From Naegleria gruberi (Eukaryota): 64,000 nt of DNA. Positions within the stretch are counted from its first letter, which is position 1. Each line of letters begins with the position of its first letter. The notes under the pieces were generated by a model. That model was not told where the DNA came from. It ran no database searches and saw only the letters and a program-made list of their open reading frames with translations. A program made the translations under genes and the position numbers. Shown here piece after piece: positions 49,292 through 59,143 of this stretch. The stretch lies in assembly GCA_000004985.1 (NCBI GenBank), contig GG738852.1; one strand, 5' to 3'.

Positions 49292-49363
49292 GGGACCATG
49301 GTCTAGTGGTATGATTCTCGCTTTGGGTGCGAGAGGCCGTGGGTTCGATTCCCACTGGTCCCC
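49292..49363 (+). tRNA. tRNA-Pro (anticodon UGG)
   Basis: GGGACCATGGTCTAGTGGTATGATTCTCGCTTTGGGTGCGAGAGGCCGTGGGTTCGATTCCCACTGGTCCCC. A 7-bp acceptor stem (GGGACCA/TGGTCCC), a D-arm containing GGTCTAGTGGTA, and the anticodon loop cTTTGGGt (anticodon TGG). The T-arm is GTGGGTTCGATTCCCAC and the discriminator is C. It is near-identical in the anticodon arm to other eukaryotic tRNA-Pro genes. It has no intron. Confidence 0.9.
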
Positions 49364-49914
49364 TTTCCTTTTATATCTTTGCCAACTTAATATTTATTTT
49401 GACCTCGATAAACATAAAATTATGAAGAAGATGAAAGAAACCCTAAGTCAAATTATACTCAGAGAATCAACATTGAAACCTCCTCCATAATGCAATCAGG
49501 AGGAAGCAGTGGTTAATCTCTATCAAGAAACATTATTGTAAGCACGAGATATTTTACACAGAACCTTATTTACAGTTAATTTTTCAACGAGTGGCTTTCA
49601 TTGTTCCAATCTTTCTTTTAAAGTTCCTTAATCATCTTCATCACTGCCTCACACACCTAGCAAGCAATCAACTCATTTTGCTATCAAAGCCTGCTTCAGA
49701 TGAGCAAAGGAACTTGTCCCCCTCAAATAGAAACACGATGTCGTTGTTGAACAAGTGCGTCAAGTAAATTCAGTGTTGCGGGTTTTCAAGATTTCTTTTT
49801 AAAAAAATTGCTCCAACTCTCGCAGAAGCATCATTGTAAATTAAAAGGGTGTTGTTTTTTGTATTGACCGAATAATTATCATCATAGTAATAATACAACA
49901 CACATATAACAAAG

Positions 49915-51981
49915 ATGATTAGATATTTTAAAGTAGTTTTGAGTGATTTTAAATGTACTGGATTACCTCCTGCAGATAGAAATGGTCTGTCAGACCCATA
50001 TATCAAGGGTAACTTTGATAACTTTCGTACTTTTAAATCACCAACAAAGAAAAAGACATTGAATCCGCAGTGGGACGGTTTTACAGTTGAATTTGACTAT
50101 CACACAAAATACGGATCTAAACTTCACTTGAAGAAGCTCTTGTTGGATGTTTATGATCACGATGTGCTCGGAAAGGATAACTTTTTGGGTTGTTGTGCCT
50201 TGGATTTATTCTCTCTTGCTTGTGGACCTACAAAACAAATAATTACCCTTCGTTCTCAACTCAATGCTAAGGATAATAACGGTACAATAGAATTTAATTG
50301 TGTGATGGAGGAAGTAACCAAGTCATTCATGATTTGTTTATCGAATGTAAAGGTTAATTTTAATCCTCCTTTGGAAGAACCTAAAAATTTGAGGTGTATT
50401 GTATTAGCAGAGGATATCAATGCTCCAGAGACTAATACATTAACCTGTAGAGCAGTACAATCAGAAGCTGTTTGGTCACAATTTGCCAATTTGGAACTTA
50501 AAAATGTTTCTCTCAAAACCATCTTGGATGACAGAATCATTATTAAGATTAAACAAGAAAAGACTGGTATTGACCCAACTATTGCTCGTATTAATATTGA
50601 TTTGTCAAAGATTTTAGATAAATTTTTGGATGAAAATAGAACCATGTCAGCTGGAGATGGTCTCACTGAAGATATGCTTCCAGTAAAGATTACTGGTCTC
50701 AAAGTTGAATATAAGAATGCAGACAATATGTCATTCAAGAAATCTCCAAAGAAATCAGGTGGATTTGGTCTTAAGAGTTCAACTCAGGAATATGATGATG
50801 AATTGTTAGGAAATCCTAGTAACAGTATCAAGACTGCTTTTGATAGATCTTTAGGTGTTGCTGAATTGGAAATTGGATTTATTGGTATTCCAATGTATGC
50901 CCAAATGGTTAGTGGTTCTGCTAAGGATAAGATTGTAACTGGTACTCCCCTTCTTGAAAACTTGCCAGTGCCTTCTGGTTTTGTTCCATCTGCCAATAGA
51001 GATGAAAAGAGAAAGCTTTCATCTTCTCCAACTAGTACAACTAGTACAGAGAATGGAAGTGGATCAAGAAGAGCTTCAGTTGCTCTCGAACCTCAAACTT
51101 TACCAACAACTGCAGGTCTACCATACGGTTGGGAAAAGAAGGTTGATAAGAGAACAAATAAGGAATACTATGTTGATCACAATACAAGAACTACTCATTG
51201 GCATTTCCCAACCAGTGATTCAAAGTCTCAATTGGATGAAGAAGAACACTCTGAAATGGAAGAAGTTGAAATGTCTATCAAACCAGTCCAACAAGAAAGA
51301 CGTCAATCTGTACAAAGTGGTAATTCTCAAGTTTATCAAATCCCTGTATCCCCAAGCCAAAAGCAAACATATCAAACTGTACCTCAAAATGTAGTACCAC
51401 AAGTAATGCCACAACAAACTTATCCTCAAAACTATCCACAACAATCTCCACAATCACCACAAAACTATCCTCAAAATCAACCATACATTCCTCAAAATGT
51501 TCCACAACAACAAGCTTATCAAACCATGCCTCAAGTCATGCCACAACAACCTTCCTTACCAACAACACCTGGTTTACCATATGGTTGGGAAGAAAGAGTA
51601 GATCCTGGTTCTGGTCGTGCTTATTATTTAAATCATACTACTAAGAGCACTCAATGGGAAAGACCAGGTCAACCAACAGTTAATAATACTCAACAATCTC
51701 TTATTCAAGGTTTCAATAATCTTCGTGTCTCCCCACAAAACCCACAAACCTACCAAACAAATCCACAAGCTTATCAAACAAGTCCACAACAACAACAACA
51801 AGCCTATCCAACCATGTCTCAATATCCGACAAATCCTCAACCACAAACTTACCAAACCATGCCTCAACAGAAACAACCACTTCCAAATGGTTGGGAAGAG
51901 AGAGTTGATCCAAGCTCTGGTCGTTCTTACTATCTTAACCATTTTACAAAGACAACACAATGGGATAGACCAACTTATTAA
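49915..51981 (+). CDS. C2-domain protein with three WW domains and Pro/Gln-rich linkers (NEDD4-like N-terminal architecture without a HECT domain)
   Basis: An N-terminal C2 domain is present ('GLPPADRNGLSDPYIKGNFDNFRTFKSPTKKKTLNPQWDGFTVEF...LLLDVYDHDVLGKDNFLGCCALDL'). Three WW domains are present: 'LPYGWEKKVDKRTNKEYYVDHNTRTTHWHFP', 'LPYGWEERVDPGSGRAYYLNHTTKSTQWERP', and 'LPNGWEERVDPSSGRSYYLNHFTKTTQWDRP'. The ORF ends at a TAA right after the third WW domain. The next gene, on the opposite strand, starts 44 bp later. Confidence 0.8.
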   Translation: MIRYFKVVLSDFKCTGLPPADRNGLSDPYIKGNFDNFRTFKSPTKKKTLNPQWDGFTVEFDYHTKYGSKLHLKKLLLDVYDHDVLGKDNFLGCCALDLFSLACGPTKQIITLRSQLNAKDNNGTIEFNCVMEEVTKSFMICLSNVKVNFNPPLEEPKNLRCIVLAEDINAPETNTLTCRAVQSEAVWSQFANLELKNVSLKTILDDRIIIKIKQEKTGIDPTIARINIDLSKILDKFLDENRTMSAGDGLTEDMLPVKITGLKVEYKNADNMSFKKSPKKSGGFGLKSSTQEYDDELLGNPSNSIKTAFDRSLGVAELEIGFIGIPMYAQMVSGSAKDKIVTGTPLLENLPVPSGFVPSANRDEKRKLSSSPTSTTSTENGSGSRRASVALEPQTLPTTAGLPYGWEKKVDKRTNKEYYVDHNTRTTHWHFPTSDSKSQLDEEEHSEMEEVEMSIKPVQQERRQSVQSGNSQVYQIPVSPSQKQTYQTVPQNVVPQVMPQQTYPQNYPQQSPQSPQNYPQNQPYIPQNVPQQQAYQTMPQVMPQQPSLPTTPGLPYGWEERVDPGSGRAYYLNHTTKSTQWERPGQPTVNNTQQSLIQGFNNLRVSPQNPQTYQTNPQAYQTSPQQQQQAYPTMSQYPTNPQPQTYQTMPQQKQPLPNGWEERVDPSSGRSYYLNHFTKTTQWDRPTY

Positions 51982-52025
51982 ATACCACCAATAAAATCTA
52001 TTGTTAATAATATTATTTGAAGAGT

Positions 52026-53150
52026 TTATTCTAAAGGTGAAATTGGACTAGTGACATAAACTAAAAAGTCACAATCTTTCAAACTTCCAGAACAGTAAGT
52101 TGCTGCAAAGTAAGCACCTTTTGGAGTTGGAGGAGAAAATGATAAATTGTTCTTTGAAATTTCAAATCCATAAATGAAATGAGATCTGACAGCATCTAAA
52201 AGTTTAGAAGCAACACCACCTCTTCTGTGTTCTTCCTTAACCCAAATTCTATTTACACCACAATAAACATTTACACTCCTCTTATCATCCCATGAAAGAA
52301 TTGATTTCTTGTCATCATATGCTGAATCAATACTTGTAGTTGACAAGATGACATCCAAATTATTTGATGGACAATTTTCATCTTCCACAAATGAATTAGA
52401 AAGAGTACTTTCATTCAAATCCTTCTTTTCCACAAATGAAGGATGAGCTTTACTAACTCTCTCTACAACTACACAACCCATAATTTCATCATTTTCTGTA
52501 TTAATATATAAAAACATGGTATGAGTAGATATTGAAAATGGTAATGTACATTGAAGTGAACTTGTATCAATAAATTCAACAATTTGTTCTGCCTTCTTAT
52601 GAAGAGCCTTAGGTGATTGAGCATTAATTACAATAATCTTATTTGGATAATCATCTTCCTTCACATTATCCTAATATTATAATATAATATCATAATAATG
52701 AATCAATCAATAAAGATCAATACTATTCAAATCATTGTAAAAACATACTTTTGATGTAACTTTGTATTTCATCAACTTTTTAAAAGATTGACAAAATTTG
52801 TTATGAACCTTTTCATCTTGAAAATCACCATTCATATAAACCATACCACATGATTTACAACGATTACTGGTAAAACTCTTCTGTCCACAATCCATTACTA
52901 ATTGTTCATACTTTTTCATCTTTTTAGGTTTACTAATTTTGGAGGAGGAAGGTGCAGAGAGTATTTCATGGAGAGGATCAGTGCACTTTGGTGCAGCACT
53001 CTTGGAGATGGTAAGCTTCTTACCTGTACCAAACGAAAGAGTAGCTTGTTTCATATTGAGAGAAGCAGCAGTTGTTGCTTTTTTTTTAATTTGAAAATGT
53101 AACGGATAGAAATTTGGATCCACCAAAACTGTCATCAAACGCCTTGCCAA
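52026..53150 (-). CDS. ECO1: N-acetyltransferase ESCO/Eco1 (establishment of sister-chromatid cohesion); 2 exons (53150..52748, 52670..52026)
   Basis: Exon 1 has a PIP-like 'QATLSFG' and an Eco1-type C2H2 zinc finger ('RCKSCGMVYMNGDFQDEKVHNKFC'). It ends '...YKVTSK' with a GTATGT donor at 52747. The acceptor ...taatattag is at 52672/52671. Exon 2 begins 'DNVKEDDYPNK...'. The GNAT acetyltransferase core is 'NRIWVKEEHRRGGVASKLLDAVRSHFIYGFEISKNNLSFSPPTPKGAYFAATYCG'. From memory, human ESCO2 reads 'RIWV...FIYG...FSDPTPDG..FA..YCG'. Confidence 0.75.
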
Positions 53151-53310
53151 TATTTATGTGGTATTGATAATAAAACTTATTCATCGGAACCAATCAAATC
53201 AAATTCCATTATTTTCATCCTTCATATATGAATTTAATATAGCTTGTTTTAATTTTACTTGAAATGTTAGCTCCATCAAATCAAGCCTTCATTCAAATTG
53301 TTCAATTTCT

Positions 53311-54795
53311 TTGATGAAATTAAAAACAAAGCTTGGAAGAAAAATTTCCAGCAGTACGATAAAAAAAATGAAGTCACAATCAGCAGCACAAAAATTGAAA
53401 GCCAAAATCAACAAGGCTAAAGAAGAGAAGAGCAACAAGCAACAAGAACAACAAGAAAAACCTGCTATTGTTGCTCCTCCTAAAAAATCAACACCACCTG
53501 TTGTTGAAAAGGCTAAACAACAAGCTAAAAAATCAAAGCAAGAAAGTCCCGAACAAGATGTAAAGGTTGCTAAAACTCTTGTTGAAAATAATACAAATGA
53601 TAGCCCAATTCGTGAAGTAATGTTTGAAGTTTGTACAGGTTCATATGATTCTAGATTTGTCGGATTTTGTTATAGATATTTTACTAGTAATGATCCAAAA
53701 TTCGAAACAGTACTTGAATTACCACAAGCACAATTAATTAAATTCTCTGAACAACAAAAATTGAAGGAACAACCATTAATTACAACAACATTCGCAACAA
53801 AACCACACGCAGGAAGTATCAATCAATTATTATCAACAAAGAAATATGTTATTACAACAGGTTATGATGAATTGGCTTTAGTTTATGATTTAGTTACAAG
53901 AAGAGAATTGAGATCTATACCTTTACAACAAGGAAATATTCTTGATGTTGGATCATTGAAGGATCAATATACAGCTTTTGCTACTGCTAATGGTGTCATT
54001 TCTTTACACGCAGGAGCTAAATATTCATTCACACCAATTTGGGAAAAGGTAGCTCATAAGGGACCAGTTGCTAGTATTGCAATTCATCCTTCTGGTCGTT
54101 TACTTCTTTCAGTTGGTCAAAATGATAACAAATTGAGAGTGTGGGATATGATTAAGGGTAGTTTAGCTTATACAGTCAACTTGGGTAAACACAGTGCTGA
54201 AAGAGTTAGATTTTCATCAGCAGGTAATCATTTCTTTATTCATTACAGAGAAAAGGTTGTTATACATGATACTGAATCATTAGAAGTTATTTATACACTT
54301 GCTCACGAATCAAATGTTACATATTCAATTTATGTCGGTAATGATTATGTTGCCACTGGTACACAAGATGGTAAAATCACTATATGGGATTTGGAAAATG
54401 GTGAATGTTTACAAGTTTTGGATTTGCACGAAACTAGAATCAAATCTTTGGATGTTAAGGAAGTTAACGTTGGTGAATATTGTCTTTGTGCTGTTTCATC
54501 TGATGGTGGTTTATCATTGTGGCGTTTATATTTGTTGGATGAAGAAGTTCCTCCTGCTTTATTATTCTATGAAGTATTTAATGTAAGATTGACAAGTTGT
54601 TGTTTGTGGACTCACTTTGCTTCTGAACATCAACAATTTATGAAAGAACGTAAACTTGCCTTACAAAAGAAACTTGGAGTTGAAGGTGACATGCAAGAAG
54701 ATGAGATGATTGAAGATTCAGATTCAGATGATGATTATGAATATGTTATGGAAGGAGGTGAAGAAGAAGGTGATGAAATGCAAGATGATGAATAA
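53311..54795 (+). CDS. WD-repeat protein PAK1IP1/MAK11-like (60S ribosome-biogenesis factor) with a Lys-rich N-terminus and an acidic C-terminus
   Basis: WD repeats include 'ITTGYDELALVYDLVTRRELRSI', 'HPSGRLLLSVGQNDNKLRVWDMIKGSLAY', 'ATGTQDGKITIWDLENGECLQVL' and 'AVSSDGGLSLWRL'. The segment 'YEVFNVRLTSCCLW' is also present. From memory, these parallel human PAK1IP1 ('GSKDETIHIYDMKKKIEHGAL', 'HPSGKLALSVGTDKTLRTWNLVEGRSAF', 'SSDGFIKMWKL', 'CEINTNARLTCLGVW'). Confidence 0.7.
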   Translation: MMKLKTKLGRKISSSTIKKMKSQSAAQKLKAKINKAKEEKSNKQQEQQEKPAIVAPPKKSTPPVVEKAKQQAKKSKQESPEQDVKVAKTLVENNTNDSPIREVMFEVCTGSYDSRFVGFCYRYFTSNDPKFETVLELPQAQLIKFSEQQKLKEQPLITTTFATKPHAGSINQLLSTKKYVITTGYDELALVYDLVTRRELRSIPLQQGNILDVGSLKDQYTAFATANGVISLHAGAKYSFTPIWEKVAHKGPVASIAIHPSGRLLLSVGQNDNKLRVWDMIKGSLAYTVNLGKHSAERVRFSSAGNHFFIHYREKVVIHDTESLEVIYTLAHESNVTYSIYVGNDYVATGTQDGKITIWDLENGECLQVLDLHETRIKSLDVKEVNVGEYCLCAVSSDGGLSLWRLYLLDEEVPPALLFYEVFNVRLTSCCLWTHFASEHQQFMKERKLALQKKLGVEGDMQEDEMIEDSDSDDDYEYVMEGGEEEGDEMQDDE

Positions 54796-54832
54796 ACCAA
54801 TTCCAATAATCATTTTTACTATTTACAATAAT

Positions 54833-55177
54833 TTAATTTTTAAAAAATTCAGGATGTAAATCCTTATTAGGATAGAAAAATGGCGTTATCTTGAGTTTCT
54901 TTCCTTCAAATTCCTTCTCATGAAAAAAAGCTACTTGTTTTCTCAAATTTTTAGAAAATGTTTTAAATTGAACAACAGCATATCGGGTTTGTGTATTTTG
55001 TACCATTGTAATTCCATTAATTTGTAAATGTAAATTATTACTCGTCATGACAAAAAATTCCTCAAGTTTACTCCTCATCACTTGATCCTCTACAGAGAAA
55101 TTTTCGGGAAGTCCCTTCACCACAAAACTACACGGTGCTCGAAAAGTCTTTACAATTGCTCTAACATTTGGTGGCAT
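54833..55177 (-). CDS. Hypothetical small protein with an RRM-like fold pattern (114 aa)
   Basis: 'FVVKGLPENFSVEDQ' resembles RNP2 and 'RYAVVQFKTF' resembles RNP1. Assignment is weak. Confidence 0.3.
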   Translation of the reverse strand: MPPNVRAIVKTFRAPCSFVVKGLPENFSVEDQVMRSKLEEFFVMTSNNLHLQINGITMVQNTQTRYAVVQFKTFSKNLRKQVAFFHEKEFEGKKLKITPFFYPNKDLHPEFFKN

Positions 55178-55369
55178 TTTTTTTTACTTTTTTTAGGCTT
55201 TTTTAAAACATGGCCAATTTTTTCAATGTTTTAATTTACTCAACCATAGATGAAGAGGAATTAAGGATGCAATTAAGAATTACAGATTTTTGTAACAGAT
55301 AGATTCAATTTCAAAATGGAGTCATAAAATGGATCTTGGAACATTGTTCTTCTTTCACCAATCAAAAAA

Positions 55370-55930
55370 ATGTCATCATCATCAGCCACTTCTTCTTCAT
55401 CAACATCATCGGAAAAACAATATTTGTGTGATGCAACCAAGTATTCTAAATTCTTCTTCTTCTGGAATGAAGAAACCTGTTTCTCTCAATGGGTCAAAGC
55501 ACCAATGAAAGTAAATGATCAAACCTTTTCAAATTGTGAACAATTCATGATGTATCAAAAGGCTTTATTATTCAATGATCAAGAAATTGCCAAGCGAATT
55601 TTACAATCCACAAATCCAAAGAATACAAAAGCCTTGGGAAGAAAAGTTTCAAACTTTAATGAAAAGATTTGGGAAGATAATAAGGTGAGAATTGTTTATG
55701 AGGGAAATTATGCAAAATTCGCTCAAAATGATGATTTGAGAAAGGATTTATTATCGAGACCTGATGTTGAATATGTTGAGGCAAGTCCATATGATAAGAT
55801 TTGGGGAATTGGATTGGAAGAGAAGGATCCTAGAGCAAAACAAAGAAATGAATGGCAAGGTCAGAATCTTTTGGGAAGAATTATTACCCAAGTTAGAGAT
55901 GATTTGATGATGGCTGAAATGAATAATTAA
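55370..55930 (+). CDS. NADAR (DUF1768/YbiA-like) domain protein
   Basis: The single-domain signature is present: 'FFFWNEETCFSQWVKAPMKV', 'EQFMMYQKALLFND', 'KIWEDNKVRIVYEGNYAKFAQNDDLRKDLLSRPDVEYVEASPYDKIWGIGL' and 'GQNLLGRIITQVRDDL'. This matches the conserved NADAR core (F-F-x-W...E-x-x-x-Q-x-K...W...LL.T....LVE.SP.D..WG.G...G.N.LG..LM.VR). An N-terminal poly-Ser tract precedes it. Confidence 0.75.
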   Translation: MSSSSATSSSSTSSEKQYLCDATKYSKFFFFWNEETCFSQWVKAPMKVNDQTFSNCEQFMMYQKALLFNDQEIAKRILQSTNPKNTKALGRKVSNFNEKIWEDNKVRIVYEGNYAKFAQNDDLRKDLLSRPDVEYVEASPYDKIWGIGLEEKDPRAKQRNEWQGQNLLGRIITQVRDDLMMAEMNN

Positions 55931-56491
55931 AATTTTAAAACTTGTTGTTACTCAGTTATTAATATTATTAGAAATTTCATCAATTCATGACATTGGAAAG
56001 GTTTAGTCCAATAATGATAAGCTCACCTGGGTTTAGTCCACATTCAGTATTGGCAATTTAAAGTCTTATGTTGAACAAAGACCAAATTAATAAACTCCTC
56101 CTAATAGCCATCCAATCATCATCATGTACAATTTAATTCTCTCTTTCCATCCCAACCAATGGAAAATTCAATATTCCAACCACACCACACCCCAAACTAA
56201 CAAATCTTCATCATCAAGAACACAAAGAATATCGGAATCATTAAATATGAAGGATCCTTTCTTGTTCTTCACCAATGCACTCTCATTCTAAATAAAAAGG
56301 AAGAACAAGAAATCAACTACTTGGAACAAACTAACTTTAGCCAACCAACATTTTAATTCTTTAGTTCCAATCACACCCAACAACACACAGGTTCATCATC
56401 TATTGAATACCGCTATCACAAGAAGAAAAGCAAAGGCTTGTTTTGTCTTTCAAAAATATTTTAAAAAACTTTACAAAAAAACGTTTTTCCG

Positions 56492-56650
56492 TTAGCTAGC
56501 TAATTGGCGCCAAAGTCAATCACTCAACCACCAAGGTCTTCATCTATCGTCCAATCAATTGTCATAAAAAAAACCGAAACTTTTTGCCTTGTCAAAACCC
56601 TTTGAAAACATCATTTTAACTGTCATTTATTATTATTACCTGACAGTTAA
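56492..56650. promoter_or_regulatory. Upstream region of the TALE homeobox gene containing two perfect palindromes
   Basis: One is the 12-bp palindrome TTAGCTAGCTAA at 56492-56503. The other is a 10-bp inverted repeat, ttaactgtca(N15)tgacagttaa, at 56616-56650. Both lie in the ~980-bp A/C-rich gap before the homeobox ATG at 56909. That they function as transcription-factor sites is inference only. Confidence 0.25.
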
Positions 56651-56908
56651 TTAGAGTTGTGAAGAATCTAGAAGCGATATTCTTTCTTCATATCAACCAT
56701 CAATCTATTGAATATCATCACCCGATATAATATTATTTATTAATTATTCATCATCATTCATCAAATAGATTGTTATTCATCATCATCATCATAATACTAC
56801 AGCATATAGCAATAATAATATTATTCTTCTACTTCTACTTCATTGAATATTGGTCATTAACTTGTTCTCAATAGTATAAATAAAACTAAAGTATAAAAAA
56901 CTAAAAGG

Positions 56909-59128
56909 ATGACACTACCAAATAGATTAGGATACAATTCTAAACAACATGCTTTACAGAAGAGATATCTTCAACAACAACAGCAACAACAAACACTTGT
57001 TGCTGCTCATCAATTTGCTGCTGATCCAAATTATGCAGCACTTTCTCAACAACAATTAAGTTATGGAACTCAAATGCAAGCTAATCAATATGGAGCAGCA
57101 TTTAATAGTCAACCACATTATCAAGCACAACAATTACAAATGTTTAATAATCAAGCAGCTGCTGGTATGATGGCAAATCAAGGAATGATGCAAACTCAAA
57201 TGATGTCTCCACAAATGTCACCTGCCATGTCTCAAACAAATCAAATGATGCCTTCTCCTGCTCCAAAGAAATCTAAAAAGAGAAAGAGTCAAGCAGCTAG
57301 TTCAAACGATGTCAGTCAACAAACTTTTTCAACTCCAGAAATTCAAAAAAAGAAGAAACCTAAAAAGAAAACCGAAACTCCAGAAAATGAAGAAAGTTCA
57401 GCAAATATTTCTTCAACTCCAACACCACCTTCCATTCAATTTGGTAATTCAGGTATAATCAAATCACCTAAAGTAATTAAGGAAGAAATTACTCAAATTA
57501 ATGAAGTTTTTGAAAAGGCAATTGTTTCTCTAATTGACAGATTTAAAAATGTCAAAATTAGAGAAAAGACACATTTATTTGCCATTCAACCATCTTTATT
57601 AACTTATAAGGAAGAAGAAAAGTATAAACCTAAGGAAGAAGAAATTATTACAACATTTCCTTCAAATAATGCAACATCTAGTCAGGATGGAGGTACTGAA
57701 GAAGGATCAGCTTCTACTTCAGTTGCTCCACAACAATCTCTTTTCAATGCAACTCAACAAGTCAAGCTAATTCAAAATTATCCAGTATTTTCTGTAAATA
57801 GACAAAATGATGTATCATTGATTGATAATTCACAATCAACATTGCAAGAAGAAGAAAAGAGTAGAAGAAGATTATTCTACAAGGATGGTCAATCAGAATA
57901 TTTAACCTCAGAAGATGTAATTGATGAAATTGTTCGTGATACTGATTGTTACTTTAAGAGAGAAATGTTAATTCATAATGGATTGAGTGAAACTCAGAAT
58001 AATATCATTTCATTCCTTCACGCTAGAACTATTCAATTCATTGAAAATAATAGATCAAAATTTGAGAAATTCCTTTCAAGTGCTGATAATGTAACTCAAT
58101 TGACCATGTTTTTGAATCAACATGAAGAATTCCAACCACTCATGCATCAATTACGTTCTGTTATTGAACATGCAGGTCATATCTTTGAAGAAAGGACAAG
58201 AGAAGAAGCATCTTCAATTATTTTACAATCAGGTTCAACAGCTGATGTTACAGATGAAGCAATTGATCAATTCCAATCAACACAAGATGATATGAATCAA
58301 GACAAGAATGTAGCTCTCATTGAAATGACACCTAGAGATATTTTACTTGTTTTCCTTGGTAAAGATGCAAATAGTGAAAGACATGAAGACGTTACAACAT
58401 TCTTGGACAGATTCAAAGAACTTCAAAAGCAATACAGAGTAGAGTGTAGTTATATTGATGATGCCTTAAAGAAATGGCAAGAAACTTTTGAGAGAGTGTT
58501 AAATAATCAATCATCTTTCAGAGTTGTTAGTTTTGAGGAAAAACACAGATGTAAGAAATCACTTGAAGCTCGTTTTGGTTTAATGAAACAACTCTTGAAG
58601 GACAAGTATCTCACAAAGATTTTAAGTACACAAGAAAATACATTGATGAGATCAAAGAGAAGAGGCAACCTTCCAAGACATGCAACCAATGTTTTGAAAT
58701 CATGGTTATACTCTCACTTCCTTCATCCATATCCAACTGAAAGCGAAAAGAAAGATTTGTGTATGGAAACTGGTCTCACTCTCACTCAAGTTAACAATTG
58801 GTTCATTAATCAACGTGTGAGAACTTGGAGACCAATGTTAGAATCCATGTTAGATGGTGATCAAAAGGATAAGGCAACACCATCCTCCTCCAAACCTCAA
58901 GAAGGAAAGAAGAGAGGAAAGAGGAATCAACAATCACCAGTTCAGCAACAACCAATTCAACAACAAATTCAACAACAGGTTCAACCCCAAATGATGAATC
59001 CAAATTTAATGGGAATTCCAGATTCGATGGGATCTCCAAATTATGCCTATGCCAATTGGTCTTCAAATCAATATGGTGATCCAAACTTTCCATTTTTCCC
59101 TGGTGATGTAACAGATGAACAGCAATAA
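56909..59128 (+). CDS. TALE-class homeodomain transcription factor (MEIS/KNOX-like homeodomain) with Gln-rich N-terminus
   Basis: The homeodomain carries the 3-residue loop extension: '[61 protein letters not shown]' ('HPYP' TALE signature, WFxN-R). Poly-Q/Met-rich low complexity is present at both ends. A basic 'KKSKKRK' NLS is present. Confidence 0.8.
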   Translation: MTLPNRLGYNSKQHALQKRYLQQQQQQQTLVAAHQFAADPNYAALSQQQLSYGTQMQANQYGAAFNSQPHYQAQQLQMFNNQAAAGMMANQGMMQTQMMSPQMSPAMSQTNQMMPSPAPKKSKKRKSQAASSNDVSQQTFSTPEIQKKKKPKKKTETPENEESSANISSTPTPPSIQFGNSGIIKSPKVIKEEITQINEVFEKAIVSLIDRFKNVKIREKTHLFAIQPSLLTYKEEEKYKPKEEEIITTFPSNNATSSQDGGTEEGSASTSVAPQQSLFNATQQVKLIQNYPVFSVNRQNDVSLIDNSQSTLQEEEKSRRRLFYKDGQSEYLTSEDVIDEIVRDTDCYFKREMLIHNGLSETQNNIISFLHARTIQFIENNRSKFEKFLSSADNVTQLTMFLNQHEEFQPLMHQLRSVIEHAGHIFEERTREEASSIILQSGSTADVTDEAIDQFQSTQDDMNQDKNVALIEMTPRDILLVFLGKDANSERHEDVTTFLDRFKELQKQYRVECSYIDDALKKWQETFERVLNNQSSFRVVSFEEKHRCKKSLEARFGLMKQLLKDKYLTKILSTQENTLMRSKRRGNLPRHATNVLKSWLYSHFLHPYPTESEKKDLCMETGLTLTQVNNWFINQRVRTWRPMLESMLDGDQKDKATPSSSKPQEGKKRGKRNQQSPVQQQPIQQQIQQQVQPQMMNPNLMGIPDSMGSPNYAYANWSSNQYGDPNFPFFPGDVTDEQQ

Positions 59129-59143
59129 TTGTAAATAAATTTA

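Noticed and set aside
49770-50006. 78-aa minus-strand ORF overlapping the start of the C2-WW gene.
   Set aside because: It is antisense to the 5' end of a well-supported gene. No features.
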